Shown here one piece after another: positions 28,445-37,024 of a stretch of DNA of 45,404 bases. The DNA is taken from NCBI GenBank assembly GCA_001564135.1, contig LKNH01000001.1:1-45404 (forward strand). The letters run 5' to 3'. The position numbers and the translations under genes are program-made. This DNA is from Halobacteriaceae archaeon Tc-Br11_E2g27. GTDB lineage: Archaea; Halobacteriota; Halobacteria; Halobacteriales; Haloarculaceae. Numbering within the stretch: position 1 is the first letter of the stretch; the number at the start of each line of letters is the position of its first letter. The notes under the pieces are model-generated. The model saw only the letters and a program-made list of their open reading frames with translations. It did no database searches and was not told where the DNA came from.

Positions 28445-29503
28445 GTGAGTTCAACTCGTGTATACAGCGGTGCCGTCGTTGGTATCACCGTCATGTTGCT
28501 TTTCGCGTTATCCGTCGGCCCTGCAGTCACCGCTTCTCAGTCCGGAATCAGCGGGAGTATTGTCGTTGGGCCGGATGAAACAGTCTCCGATATTGACGCT
28601 GTTGCTGGAACAATACACGTTCAAGGGACAGTAACTGGTGATATCTCAGGGTTTGCAGGTACAGTGATTATTGACGGGATAGTTGAAGGAGACGTGGATA
28701 TCGCTGCTGGAAACGTCGAAGTGCGTGGAACTATCTCTGGCGACCTTTCCGCAGCATCGGGCAACATCTATCTGTACGAAGGTTCAACCATCGGTGGTGA
28801 GTTGACTGCAACCGCTGGGTCAGTGGTACTAAACGGTCAGGTTGGAGGAACGGCGCAGGTAGTTGGAGAAACAATCGAACTGGGAGAGAGTGCATCGCTT
28901 GAACAGTCATTAGTATACAATGGGAATCTGGGAGGCAATACAGAGGCGGTAGCTGGTGACATAACCAGGGACACGACGCTTGGCATTGGCGAATTCAGTG
29001 ATATTCAACCGTTTGTCTCCTGGTTCTTTGCAGTGAGTATCTTCGTATTGAATCTGCTGTTCGGGGTCTTTTTGCTTGGGTTATTCCCGCGGTTTTCCGA
29101 TACAGTTCTGGGAACGATTCGCGGCCAACCTGCACGGACAGCATTAATTGGTCTTGTTGGGGTGGTTGGGATTCCAACTGTACTGTTAGTGACAGCGCTA
29201 ACTGTTATTGGCCTCCCAATAACCCTCGTCGGTACAGTTGCCTTTTTCTTGATTGCCTGGGCCGGACTCATGTATGGCCGGATAGCCCTTGGGATGTGGA
29301 TACTTTCACTGGTAGATATCACGAATCGATGGCTTGGCTTGCTCCTCGGACTTCTCTTGGGAACGATTCTCTGGGAAATTCCATACGTTGGTGGACCGAG
29401 TAACTTTGTGCTCCTCCTGTTGGGCACTGGAGCACTGCTTGCCACAGTTGTGAGACGCCAACGGCGAATCCAACAGACCAAAGCAGACGACTTCAGGTAT
29501 TGA
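28445..29503 (+). CDS. Polymer-forming (bactofilin-like) beta-helix protein with signal peptide and C-terminal TM domain
   Basis: Repeated G-x-V-x-G-D units after an N-terminal hydrophobic helix; about five C-terminal TM segments. Confidence 0.78.
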   Translation: MSSTRVYSGAVVGITVMLLFALSVGPAVTASQSGISGSIVVGPDETVSDIDAVAGTIHVQGTVTGDISGFAGTVIIDGIVEGDVDIAAGNVEVRGTISGDLSAASGNIYLYEGSTIGGELTATAGSVVLNGQVGGTAQVVGETIELGESASLEQSLVYNGNLGGNTEAVAGDITRDTTLGIGEFSDIQPFVSWFFAVSIFVLNLLFGVFLLGLFPRFSDTVLGTIRGQPARTALIGLVGVVGIPTVLLVTALTVIGLPITLVGTVAFFLIAWAGLMYGRIALGMWILSLVDITNRWLGLLLGLLLGTILWEIPYVGGPSNFVLLLLGTGALLATVVRRQRRIQQTKADDFRY

Positions 29504-29578
29504 TTACCAGACCGATATAAGTTGCTTTCAAAATGTATCCTAAGTGTAACTAATACCGGAGAGCACACAGTGACTCGA

Positions 29579-30874
29579 ATGTCAGCGATACATATCCATC
29601 CCCCTCAACGGATGGGGGATACGATACGAACCGAGTTGTCACCATCACAGTCAGTTTCTCGGTTTTTCACCGGAGAACCACTTACTGTCTCCTATGACAC
29701 CTCGGTTGAATCAGTACCAGATTCAATACTGACAATTCCAGCGCTTGCGCAAGTTTGCCCCGTCGCCTGGGCAAATGGTGCTGCTGTCTCGGTCGGTCAG
29801 GTCGACAAACAATTTTACGAAGGTCTCAACGAAGTGCGAGAGACGCTCTGTGATATGTATGATTTCTTTGATGGCGGTGAGATTCGTGCGAGAGAGATAA
29901 TTGAGACAGATGTTCCTGAACGAACAGCAGCAAGCGGATTATTGTTCACAGGGGGGGTCGATTCGACAACGTCCTTTTTCCGACACCAGGATGAGTCCCC
30001 CACAGTGATAAGTATTCGAGGCTGGACCATCAGACCGGGCCAGTCACACGACACGAAATGGAAACACCAGAAGGAAAGAACCAGAGCGTTTGCCAACGAG
30101 CAGGATGTTGAATCTGCATTCATCGACTCCAACATGCTCTCTTGTCTGGATAGTGCAATGTTGCTTGCACACTACAAACGGTTTGTTGATGGGGGCTGGT
30201 ATAGCTCTATCGGCCATGGCCTCGGGTTACTAGGTCTCTGTGCCCCACTCACAGTTTCGAAGGGCATCACGGACCTCTACATTGCGGCCACTCACTGGGA
30301 GGGTATTGACCTCGAATGGGGCTCACGGCCGGATATAGATAACCACGTCAGATGGGGTGAAACAAATTGTCACCATGACTGCTACGACCAGACGAGACAA
30401 GAACGTCTCAGTCTGCTCGCTAACCTCATCAACACGGAAGGGAAAGCCGTCGAGTTACAGACCTGCAATAGGCAGACAGATACCAACTGCAATGCCTGCG
30501 AAAAGTGTTATCGAACTGCAATAGGGTTGAAATTAGCTGGACTCGATCCGAACGACCACGGCTATGTATTCGAAGACAAGGAGTACGTTCAGGTTCGGAA
30601 ATCGTTCGAGAACGGCGACTGGGTTCTCGGTCAAGATGAACGGTATATGTGGGAAGATATCCGAGAGCGCTCAAAAGCAGTCGAGCCTCGCTCTGCAGCG
30701 GAACGTGACTTCTTTAACTGGCTTGCAACGACCGACCTCTCGACTATCGTGGACAATTCATCGCCGCCCCTTCGTCATCGGCTCATTCGGGCCGGTGCGC
30801 GGAACACCCCAGAGCCAGTTTATCGACGACTCTATCCCATCATATCTAGTGCGACGCAAAGCGATAGTAGCTAG
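29579..30874 (+). CDS. PP-loop (adenine nucleotide alpha-hydrolase, QueC-like) protein of unknown function
   Basis: LLFTGGVDS PP-loop; C-x7-C-x2-C-x2-C cluster (TCNRQTDTNCNACEKC); ATG 29579 preferred. Confidence 0.72.
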   Translation: MSAIHIHPPQRMGDTIRTELSPSQSVSRFFTGEPLTVSYDTSVESVPDSILTIPALAQVCPVAWANGAAVSVGQVDKQFYEGLNEVRETLCDMYDFFDGGEIRAREIIETDVPERTAASGLLFTGGVDSTTSFFRHQDESPTVISIRGWTIRPGQSHDTKWKHQKERTRAFANEQDVESAFIDSNMLSCLDSAMLLAHYKRFVDGGWYSSIGHGLGLLGLCAPLTVSKGITDLYIAATHWEGIDLEWGSRPDIDNHVRWGETNCHHDCYDQTRQERLSLLANLINTEGKAVELQTCNRQTDTNCNACEKCYRTAIGLKLAGLDPNDHGYVFEDKEYVQVRKSFENGDWVLGQDERYMWEDIRERSKAVEPRSAAERDFFNWLATTDLSTIVDNSSPPLRHRLIRAGARNTPEPVYRRLYPIISSATQSDSS

Positions 30875-30900
30875 TGTATACCGGTCAACGGAGCGATTGA

Positions 30901-30984
30901 TATAGTAACAACTGAAACGATTTACACGCCGATCGCACAGCAGTCCTGCGATCGGATGTGCATTGACTTTCAGTGGCTACTATA
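30901..30984. mobile_element. 84-bp palindromic MITE/REP-like element
   Basis: Terminal inverted repeats TATAGTAACAACTGAAA and TTTCAGTGGCTACTATA (15/17 match); inner perfect stem CCGATCGCA (30929-30937) / TGCGATCGG (30947-30955); lies between convergent genes. Confidence 0.7.
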
Positions 30985-31066
30985 GTTCTCACGCAGGACA
31001 GGTGGTGACGAATCTGTCACAGCTTCCGGCGACCGGTATATTACCAAAGAAGATGGGAGAATCCTC

Positions 31067-31738
31067 TCAGCGTACTTGCGAAGCGTATTGAACCGAAACA
31101 CAGGCAGTAATACCGATAAGTAGTCCAAGTAAAACAGCTGTCGACGTCAGACCATATGAAGCCGCGCCAGCTTGTGCGGCAATAAATAATGCAAACCCAC
31201 CTACTGCGACACCAAAGTAGACTTTGTGCCACTCGCGCTCCTCCGGTTCATCGAGATACCGTTCGAGTTGTTCGACGTTCGGACCAAACTCAATGGTTCC
31301 ACGGTTTTGTTCGAAGTCAATAACATCGGTGTCATCCATTTTTGGGAGATGACATTGATAGAGTCCAACGTACACGCGCTTGCGCTGAGCCGAGGAGATT
31401 GCCTGTACCGTTGTATCGTTTTCGAGAGCCGCTATATGTTCTGCAACCTCGCTGAGGGTTGTTTCCCCATCGTTTTCATAGAGAAACCGAAGAGTCTGGC
31501 GACGACGGCTATTTTTGAGGATTTCGAATATCTGGTCAAGTGGTAAGTCATACCCGTGAGTATCACCCTCTGTCGGTTCAGATTCCGGTGAATCAGATGA
31601 ATCGTCTTGTGACGAATCAGAGCTGTCCCCTGTCGGTGTATCCATACTATCCTGGGTAACTGTTGCGGTGTCGGAAGGAGAGTGTTGCGGTGAGGTTTCG
31701 CTCAACCAGCAAACTGGTTGTTGACGCTCTACGTTCAT
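31067..31738 (-). CDS. DUF7344-type winged-helix protein with two C-terminal TM helices
   Basis: DQIFEILKNSRRRQTL, LSEVAEHIAALEN and QRKRVYVGLYQCHLPKM; ATGA overlap with the dehydrogenase stop. Confidence 0.83.
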   Translation of the reverse strand: MNVERQQPVCWLSETSPQHSPSDTATVTQDSMDTPTGDSSDSSQDDSSDSPESEPTEGDTHGYDLPLDQIFEILKNSRRRQTLRFLYENDGETTLSEVAEHIAALENDTTVQAISSAQRKRVYVGLYQCHLPKMDDTDVIDFEQNRGTIEFGPNVEQLERYLDEPEEREWHKVYFGVAVGGFALFIAAQAGAASYGLTSTAVLLGLLIGITACVSVQYASQVR

Positions 31739-33141
31739 CGTGATGGTACCTCCTGGGGTATGTTAGGATAGTTTTGACTGCCATCACCGAGTTGATAGAC
31801 TTCCTGTGAAAGGTCACAGTTATCAAACAGTTGGCGTCCATCGAGGATAAAAACATCATCGTCTATCTCATCCCAGCCAATCGTGTGAAACTCCTCATGT
31901 GCAGTGACGACCACTGCAGCGTCAAGGTCCAGCGCAGGCAGGAGGTCAATTGTCACATGTTCAGCAGCGATATCCTCGGTATCAGTACAGATAGGGTCAG
32001 CCGCATACACTGTAGTCCCTAAATCACTGAGGATAGCTGCAATTGGGAAGGCTGGCGCAGCACGAGTTTCATCAACACCTGCGCGGTAGGTAATTCCAAG
32101 AATCGCGACAGAGGCATCATTGAGTGTGATTCCGCGGTTAGAGAGCTTCTGTTGGAGAATATTTACGGTATACGCAGGCATTCCTTCGTTTACGCCCCGC
32201 GCCTCCTGTAATAACGGAAGCTTTTGCTCAGTGTTTTTGATAACAAAGTATGGATAATATGGTATGCAGTGGCCACCGACGCCTGGCCCTGGTGAATGAA
32301 TATCACAGTAAGGTGTTCGGCTGGCAACGTCGATTGCTTCGTGGACATCTACGGAGAATTCCTCCCCTAGACGGGCAATTTCGTTTGCCAGCGCAATGTT
32401 GACGTCGCGATACAACCCCTCAAACAGTTTCACACATTCAGCGGTTGTCGTATCCGATACAGGTATGACATCGTTATCAGTGACCTCGTCATAGAGAATA
32501 GTTGCAGCACGGGTGCTCTCCGGGTCACTCCCACCGACGACTTTGGGGTACTCGCCGCGAATATCGGCAAGTGCTCGACCACTGGACGTACGTTCAGGAC
32601 AGAACGCAAGCCCAAACGCATCCGAGTCCAGTCCGCTCTCCCCTACAAGCTCAGGTTCAATGACATCCCGGCACGTGCCTGGGGGAACAGTGGATTCGAT
32701 ACAGACCAAATCGCCCGGTGAGAGTCCAGCAGCAATATCCGTGATTGCTGCAGAAAGCGCAGACAAATCAGGTTCTTTGTTTTCTGTTAGCAACGTTGGG
32801 ACAATAACCACGTGAACTCGTGCATCAGTTGCTGCTTCAACAGACCGGTCAGTTGCAGTCAGCCACCCTTCGTCAACTGCGTTCTCTATGGCAGTCATGA
32901 GTCCAGGCTCTCCCTGTACTGGACACTCGCCGTTAGAAACGGCCTTGACAACAGCAGGGTCAATATCAACCCCCGTGACATTTGTTGTCACTTCGGACAG
33001 GACAGCTGCCAGCGGTAACCCCATTTTTCCGAGGCCATAGACTGCTACTGGTATTTCACCGTTTGTCAATGCATGTCGTTGTGTCGCTCCCGATACCTCC
33101 GAACCGTACAGTCGTGTCGTTGATTGCTGTCTGCGTTCCAT
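31735..33141 (-). CDS. Nucleotide-sugar 6-dehydrogenase (WbpA/WecC-like)
   Basis: VYGLGKMGLP, ESTVPPGT, CPER, KLFEGLYRDVNIALANE and GVGGHCIP motifs; GGGGAG SD-like sequence. Confidence 0.93.
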   Translation of the reverse strand: MERRQQSTTRLYGSEVSGATQRHALTNGEIPVAVYGLGKMGLPLAAVLSEVTTNVTGVDIDPAVVKAVSNGECPVQGEPGLMTAIENAVDEGWLTATDRSVEAATDARVHVVIVPTLLTENKEPDLSALSAAITDIAAGLSPGDLVCIESTVPPGTCRDVIEPELVGESGLDSDAFGLAFCPERTSSGRALADIRGEYPKVVGGSDPESTRAATILYDEVTDNDVIPVSDTTTAECVKLFEGLYRDVNIALANEIARLGEEFSVDVHEAIDVASRTPYCDIHSPGPGVGGHCIPYYPYFVIKNTEQKLPLLQEARGVNEGMPAYTVNILQQKLSNRGITLNDASVAILGITYRAGVDETRAAPAFPIAAILSDLGTTVYAADPICTDTEDIAAEHVTIDLLPALDLDAAVVVTAHEEFHTIGWDEIDDDVFILDGRQLFDNCDLSQEVYQLGDGSQNYPNIPQEVPSR

Positions 33142-33555
33142 AATCTCCCCGTTGATATACAGTGGGCCAGTTCTGGCTCACGCACCGGAGAGATGGGGAA
33201 CACTACCTTTGTTATACTCTCCCTTGCAATGAACAGTGTGTTTCAAAATCGCAAGAATGGACACCGGTAAGTTTTCAAGAAGAGGAGAGATTTGGAAAGA
33301 CTCTGCGTTTTACGGGGAAAACCCAGTATATGTTTCACAATCCATGAGCAGGGAAGAAAGAACTGCCCACCGTTCAGTAATCTGAATACAACAAAGTGAG
33401 GATAGGGGGAAAGGAGAAAGCACACGCAATAAGAGAATCTTACGCGGATAACTATACTCGGACAACAACATATTGTCAGGAACAGTACCAAGCTAGTCGG
33501 TTGGAACCACATGAGAATCGGGCGGCAGTTACACAGGTGAGTACATACACATACT

Positions 33556-34101
33556 ATGGGTTCGAGGGAAACTGAACTATCTCAGGATGTCGTGTTCGAT
33601 ATTCTCAGTAGTCCACGACGACGATACGTCCTGTTCTATCTCAGAAAGACAGGTGAAACAGTGAAATTAACCGATCTGGCTGAACAGGTCGCCGCCTGGG
33701 AGAACGAGACGGCACCTGAAGAGATTACCGACCAACAGCGAAAGCGTGTGTACGTTTCGCTGTATCAAACTCACGTACCGCGGCTTGCAGAAGCTGGCGT
33801 GATTGAATATGATAAGGAGTCTGGAAACATCGCGTTGGCTGAAGACGCGAGCAATATCGATGAGTACCTCGGAACGACCGAGCAGCCGTTGCCCTGGCAA
33901 CAGCTGTATCTCGCGCTTGCGGGAATTAGTGTAGTTTTGCTTGGGCTGACCACGCTTGATGTCTCAGTATTCGCAGCGGTGCCTGAATCTGTTGCAGCAG
34001 CAATTATCGTCACGGGGTTTGTCGTGACCGCAATGATTCACTCGTTCGTCCGGCTCTCTCGTCGACGTGCTGTTCCTGATGAGCTACAACGGCGGAGATG
34101 A
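33556..34101 (+). CDS. DUF7344-type winged-helix protein with two C-terminal TM helices
   Basis: DVVFDILSSPRRRYVL, LAEQVAAWEN and QRKRVYVSLYQTHVPRL, followed by two hydrophobic helices. Confidence 0.85.
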   Translation: MGSRETELSQDVVFDILSSPRRRYVLFYLRKTGETVKLTDLAEQVAAWENETAPEEITDQQRKRVYVSLYQTHVPRLAEAGVIEYDKESGNIALAEDASNIDEYLGTTEQPLPWQQLYLALAGISVVLLGLTTLDVSVFAAVPESVAAAIIVTGFVVTAMIHSFVRLSRRRAVPDELQRRR

Positions 34102-34226
34102 GAGAGACGGCTATAGAAAATTCTGAAAGTTGATATTACAGCAGTATAACCAAGACACTACCTCGAATTGCTAATACTTATTTTGAGTGAAAATCAGCTC
34201 GCTAAGCCAACGGGTGAGCGTTTGCG

Positions 34227-34334
34227 TCAGTCATCAGACTCCGGAACTAACTGGTCCGGTTCTCTTCTGAAGGTCGGGGTATTAGCAAACTCTCGAATCC
34301 GTTCCATATCGGTTTCAGTGATGTGCTCTGGCAT
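34227..34334 (-). CDS. Small acidic 35-aa protein (absent from the ORF track): MPEHITETDMERIREFANTPTFRREPDQLVPESDD
   Basis: ATG 34334 to TGA 34227; haloarchaeal acidic composition; TATAAG box about 20 nt upstream on the minus strand. Confidence 0.6.
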   Translation of the reverse strand: MPEHITETDMERIREFANTPTFRREPDQLVPESDD

Positions 34335-34550
34335 CAGTACCACTAATCAGTCTTATACAGATAGTAATTGGTCGCCTGTTGGAATATCGGTTGCGCCTAT
34401 GTTGTTCCTAGATAACATGGTCCAACTAATAAGCACGTCATACCAATCAGAAAAAGGATATGATTTTGTCACCACACACTGGTTCAAACCGATTACTCAA
34501 CACAGGTAGCAACGGAATAACTATTGTACTAACCAGTAATTGATAGGACA

Positions 34551-34922
34551 ATGTCACCTGAGCCGGTACAACATGGTTCATGTGTGAATAAGTGCCATAT
34601 TATGAGAGGTTCGGGAATGGATACCTGGGAAGAAAGGGAGTTATCGGTGTATCACAGACACATACTCGCCCATCTCAGTACACACGGCGGCGCAATGAGT
34701 ACCGTACAGCTTGCCCGCGTGATAGCAAACAGTCGAGCTGGAGGAGTTGCAAGCGGAATGGTCGGTAGGGAGGGTACTCAGCCGGGAGTATTTTCTACAG
34801 ATGAGTTGCAAGAAGTCTATCTAGAGTTAGCAAGAACACACCTCCCGGTGTTGGACCGCAAAAACGTTATCAACTACTGTGACCAGAGTGGGGAGATATT
34901 ATTGGCATCCTCTCAACACTGA
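34551..34922 (+). CDS. Divergent soluble DUF7344-type wHTH protein
   Basis: HRHILAHL...QLARVIA...VYLELARTHLPVLDRKNVINY matches the family pattern; start uncertain. Confidence 0.65.
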   Translation: MSPEPVQHGSCVNKCHIMRGSGMDTWEERELSVYHRHILAHLSTHGGAMSTVQLARVIANSRAGGVASGMVGREGTQPGVFSTDELQEVYLELARTHLPVLDRKNVINYCDQSGEILLASSQH

Positions 34923-34964
34923 CCCCACGTTGAGTGAGAGTAGCAAACCACGGAACTCCATTTT

Positions 34965-35249
34965 TTACTCGTTTTTGGCCAGATTCTCCGTATCAATTGT
35001 TTCCCAGATAGTTCCTCCCTCCTCGGTTAGCCCATATACCCGACCTTTCTTTCGGTCTTCTGAAACGAGTAAGTCGACAAGGTCTCGCTCCCGAAGGTCT
35101 TGCAAGGCTCGAGAGACGTGCGCAATGCCGACCGACTCATCAGTTGCAATCTGTGAGGGGGTTGCTGGTCCAGATGCCAGCCGTTTGAGTGCAAGAATAC
35201 GATACCGTGAACTGATTACAAAGCCAATTTCATCCCAATCTTCGGTCAT
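34965..35249 (-). CDS. Small winged helix-turn-helix (ArsR/MarR-like) regulator
   Basis: SSRYRILAL, PATPSQIA, HVSRALQDL, wing KKGRVYGLTEEG. Confidence 0.85.
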   Translation of the reverse strand: MTEDWDEIGFVISSRYRILALKRLASGPATPSQIATDESVGIAHVSRALQDLRERDLVDLLVSEDRKKGRVYGLTEEGGTIWETIDTENLAKNE

Positions 35250-35511
35250 AATTATTATTGTGTTGATGTTTTATCCGGCGTACGGACGAATTAGATACGT
35301 TCGATTCAATTTTGTTTATCGACAGCTTCCGGTATAGCTATTACGTTCGTTCAAAATTTGTTCGAATTTAAGCATAGTGTAGAATCTAATAAGGACTAAT
35401 TACCACACAGATTAAAATTGTATAGCTGTAACTAGCAGGCAGAACACTATTTTTTCGCCAGATAGCACAGGTCTACAAAAAGCAGTATAGCCTGCGCCAG
35501 CCGTAAATGTG

Positions 35512-35943
35512 CTACTTCGTTTGAATCTCAATGTGGTGTGAATCCTCTACGGCATGTGTTTTTGGAAGGGTTAGCGTGAGAATGCCGTTGTGCAGTGTTG
35601 CTGATGCCTTATCAGTCAGTACCGGAGCTGGGAGTCGCACCGAACGTTTCATCGTCGTGGACCGTCGCTCTTTCCGGTGATACCGCTCCCGCTCGGATTC
35701 ATGTTCTTCATCTCGGTGTGCTGTTAGCCATAGCGTCTGGTCGGTGATTGTGATCTCGATATCATCACGGTCAAAGCCTGGCAGTTCCGCCGTCACAACA
35801 AGTTCATCCTCGTCGTCAAGAATATCTACCGGAAGTCGTCGACCGGAAAGTTGTGACTGGTCGCCAGTCCACAACTGTGTCGTCTCCTCAAGTTGGTTAT
35901 TCATCTCTTCAAGCATTCGTCTGAGGTCGAATGGGGAATTCAT
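35512..35943 (-). CDS. Hsp20/alpha-crystallin small heat shock protein
   Basis: VDILDD, AELPGFDRDDIEI, RSVRLP and ATLHNGILTLTLPK motifs. Confidence 0.93.
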   Translation of the reverse strand: MNSPFDLRRMLEEMNNQLEETTQLWTGDQSQLSGRRLPVDILDDEDELVVTAELPGFDRDDIEITITDQTLWLTAHRDEEHESERERYHRKERRSTTMKRSVRLPAPVLTDKASATLHNGILTLTLPKTHAVEDSHHIEIQTK

Positions 35944-36466
35944 AGGTTTGCTGTATTGATTGCGTCAACTGATGGAGTGAGATCTAACATCGAAAGGAAC
36001 CTGTGGTCGAGGTTCGTCATTCACCAGTTGCGCATATCGATTACCGAAAACCGAAGCCAAGGTCATTGCTATACGCTGCTTAGCACTGGCTATCAGTTCT
36101 AGATGTTATAGTAAGCAGTTCTTGTCCAGGAGTAGAAACTCAATCCAACCAACAAGCAGATAGTATTCGAAAAATTGATCAAAAAGCTGGCGCGAAGTAA
36201 GAGTAACCTACTCTTAGATTGTCAGCAAGTACTCAAATAGAAGGATACTCGTACGAATGAAATAGGAAACTACGAATAACTATCCCGTAATAGCGCTCAA
36301 ATACCGTTAGGTCATAGGCTGTGATGGTATCACAACCACCGAACGGTTGCGTTGCGTACGAACAACAGGTGACTGCAAGCACGACACAAACAGGTAACTG
36401 GGAGCTTACGAAGGTACGCAAACGGGTAATGAGTACCAGACAACAGCAGCAGTCTATCAGTCCATC

Positions 36467-36937
36467 ATGAACACCACAGATAACACGGACCAAACAGAAC
36501 ATCCACAACCCACGGTTGGAGAGCTAATGACCGAAGGAGAGCGAATGGCACTCAGAATGCTTGTCGAGGGAACAGTTACGTCACCATCGGTCTCAAGGCA
36601 GGGAACCATTGATTCGATATTTGATGCTATTTCCAACCCGGGCCGTCGATACGTGCTCACATATCTGCTCTGTGCTGATGATTACGTAACGATGTCAGAG
36701 CTTGTTGATTATGTGATGGCTCGCACGGACGCCTCAGCTAGCGATGGAGCGTTCAGAAAGAAGGTTACGGTGAGTCTCAGCCATACGCATCTTCCACGCT
36801 TGGATGAGGAAGGGTTCATCAAATATAACATGGAACGGCAGCTCATCATGCCAACCGACAAAACTGCGCTCGTAGACCCGTACCTGAAGTTGGCGTTGGT
36901 TCAACAACAACAACTCACCGAAGCACTTGAGAGTTGA
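36467..36937 (+). CDS. Soluble DUF7344-type wHTH protein with an N-terminal extension
   Basis: DSIFDAISNPGRRYVLTYL and VSLSHTHLPRLDEEGFIKY; no TM segment. Confidence 0.8.
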   Translation: MNTTDNTDQTEHPQPTVGELMTEGERMALRMLVEGTVTSPSVSRQGTIDSIFDAISNPGRRYVLTYLLCADDYVTMSELVDYVMARTDASASDGAFRKKVTVSLSHTHLPRLDEEGFIKYNMERQLIMPTDKTALVDPYLKLALVQQQQLTEALES

Positions 36938-37024
36938 ACGAACTCACCCCCACTTTTTCATACCAAAAGGGATTAACAGCAGTTGAAAATCGTGAAAAGG
37001 ACTCAGCCGGTAATTACAGATACA

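Noticed and set aside
29579-30874. QueC-based anti-phage system (QatABCD or Dpd-like)
   Set aside because: No ATPase, TatD, dpd or que partner genes; the neighbours are glycan genes.
34168-34509. 113-aa plus-strand ORF
   Set aside because: Non-ATG start and atypical composition; overlaps the better-supported 35-aa minus-strand gene.
35940-36020. 26-codon uORF with ATGA overlap onto hsp20
   Set aside because: Intriguing coupling, but no compositional or other support; could be chance.
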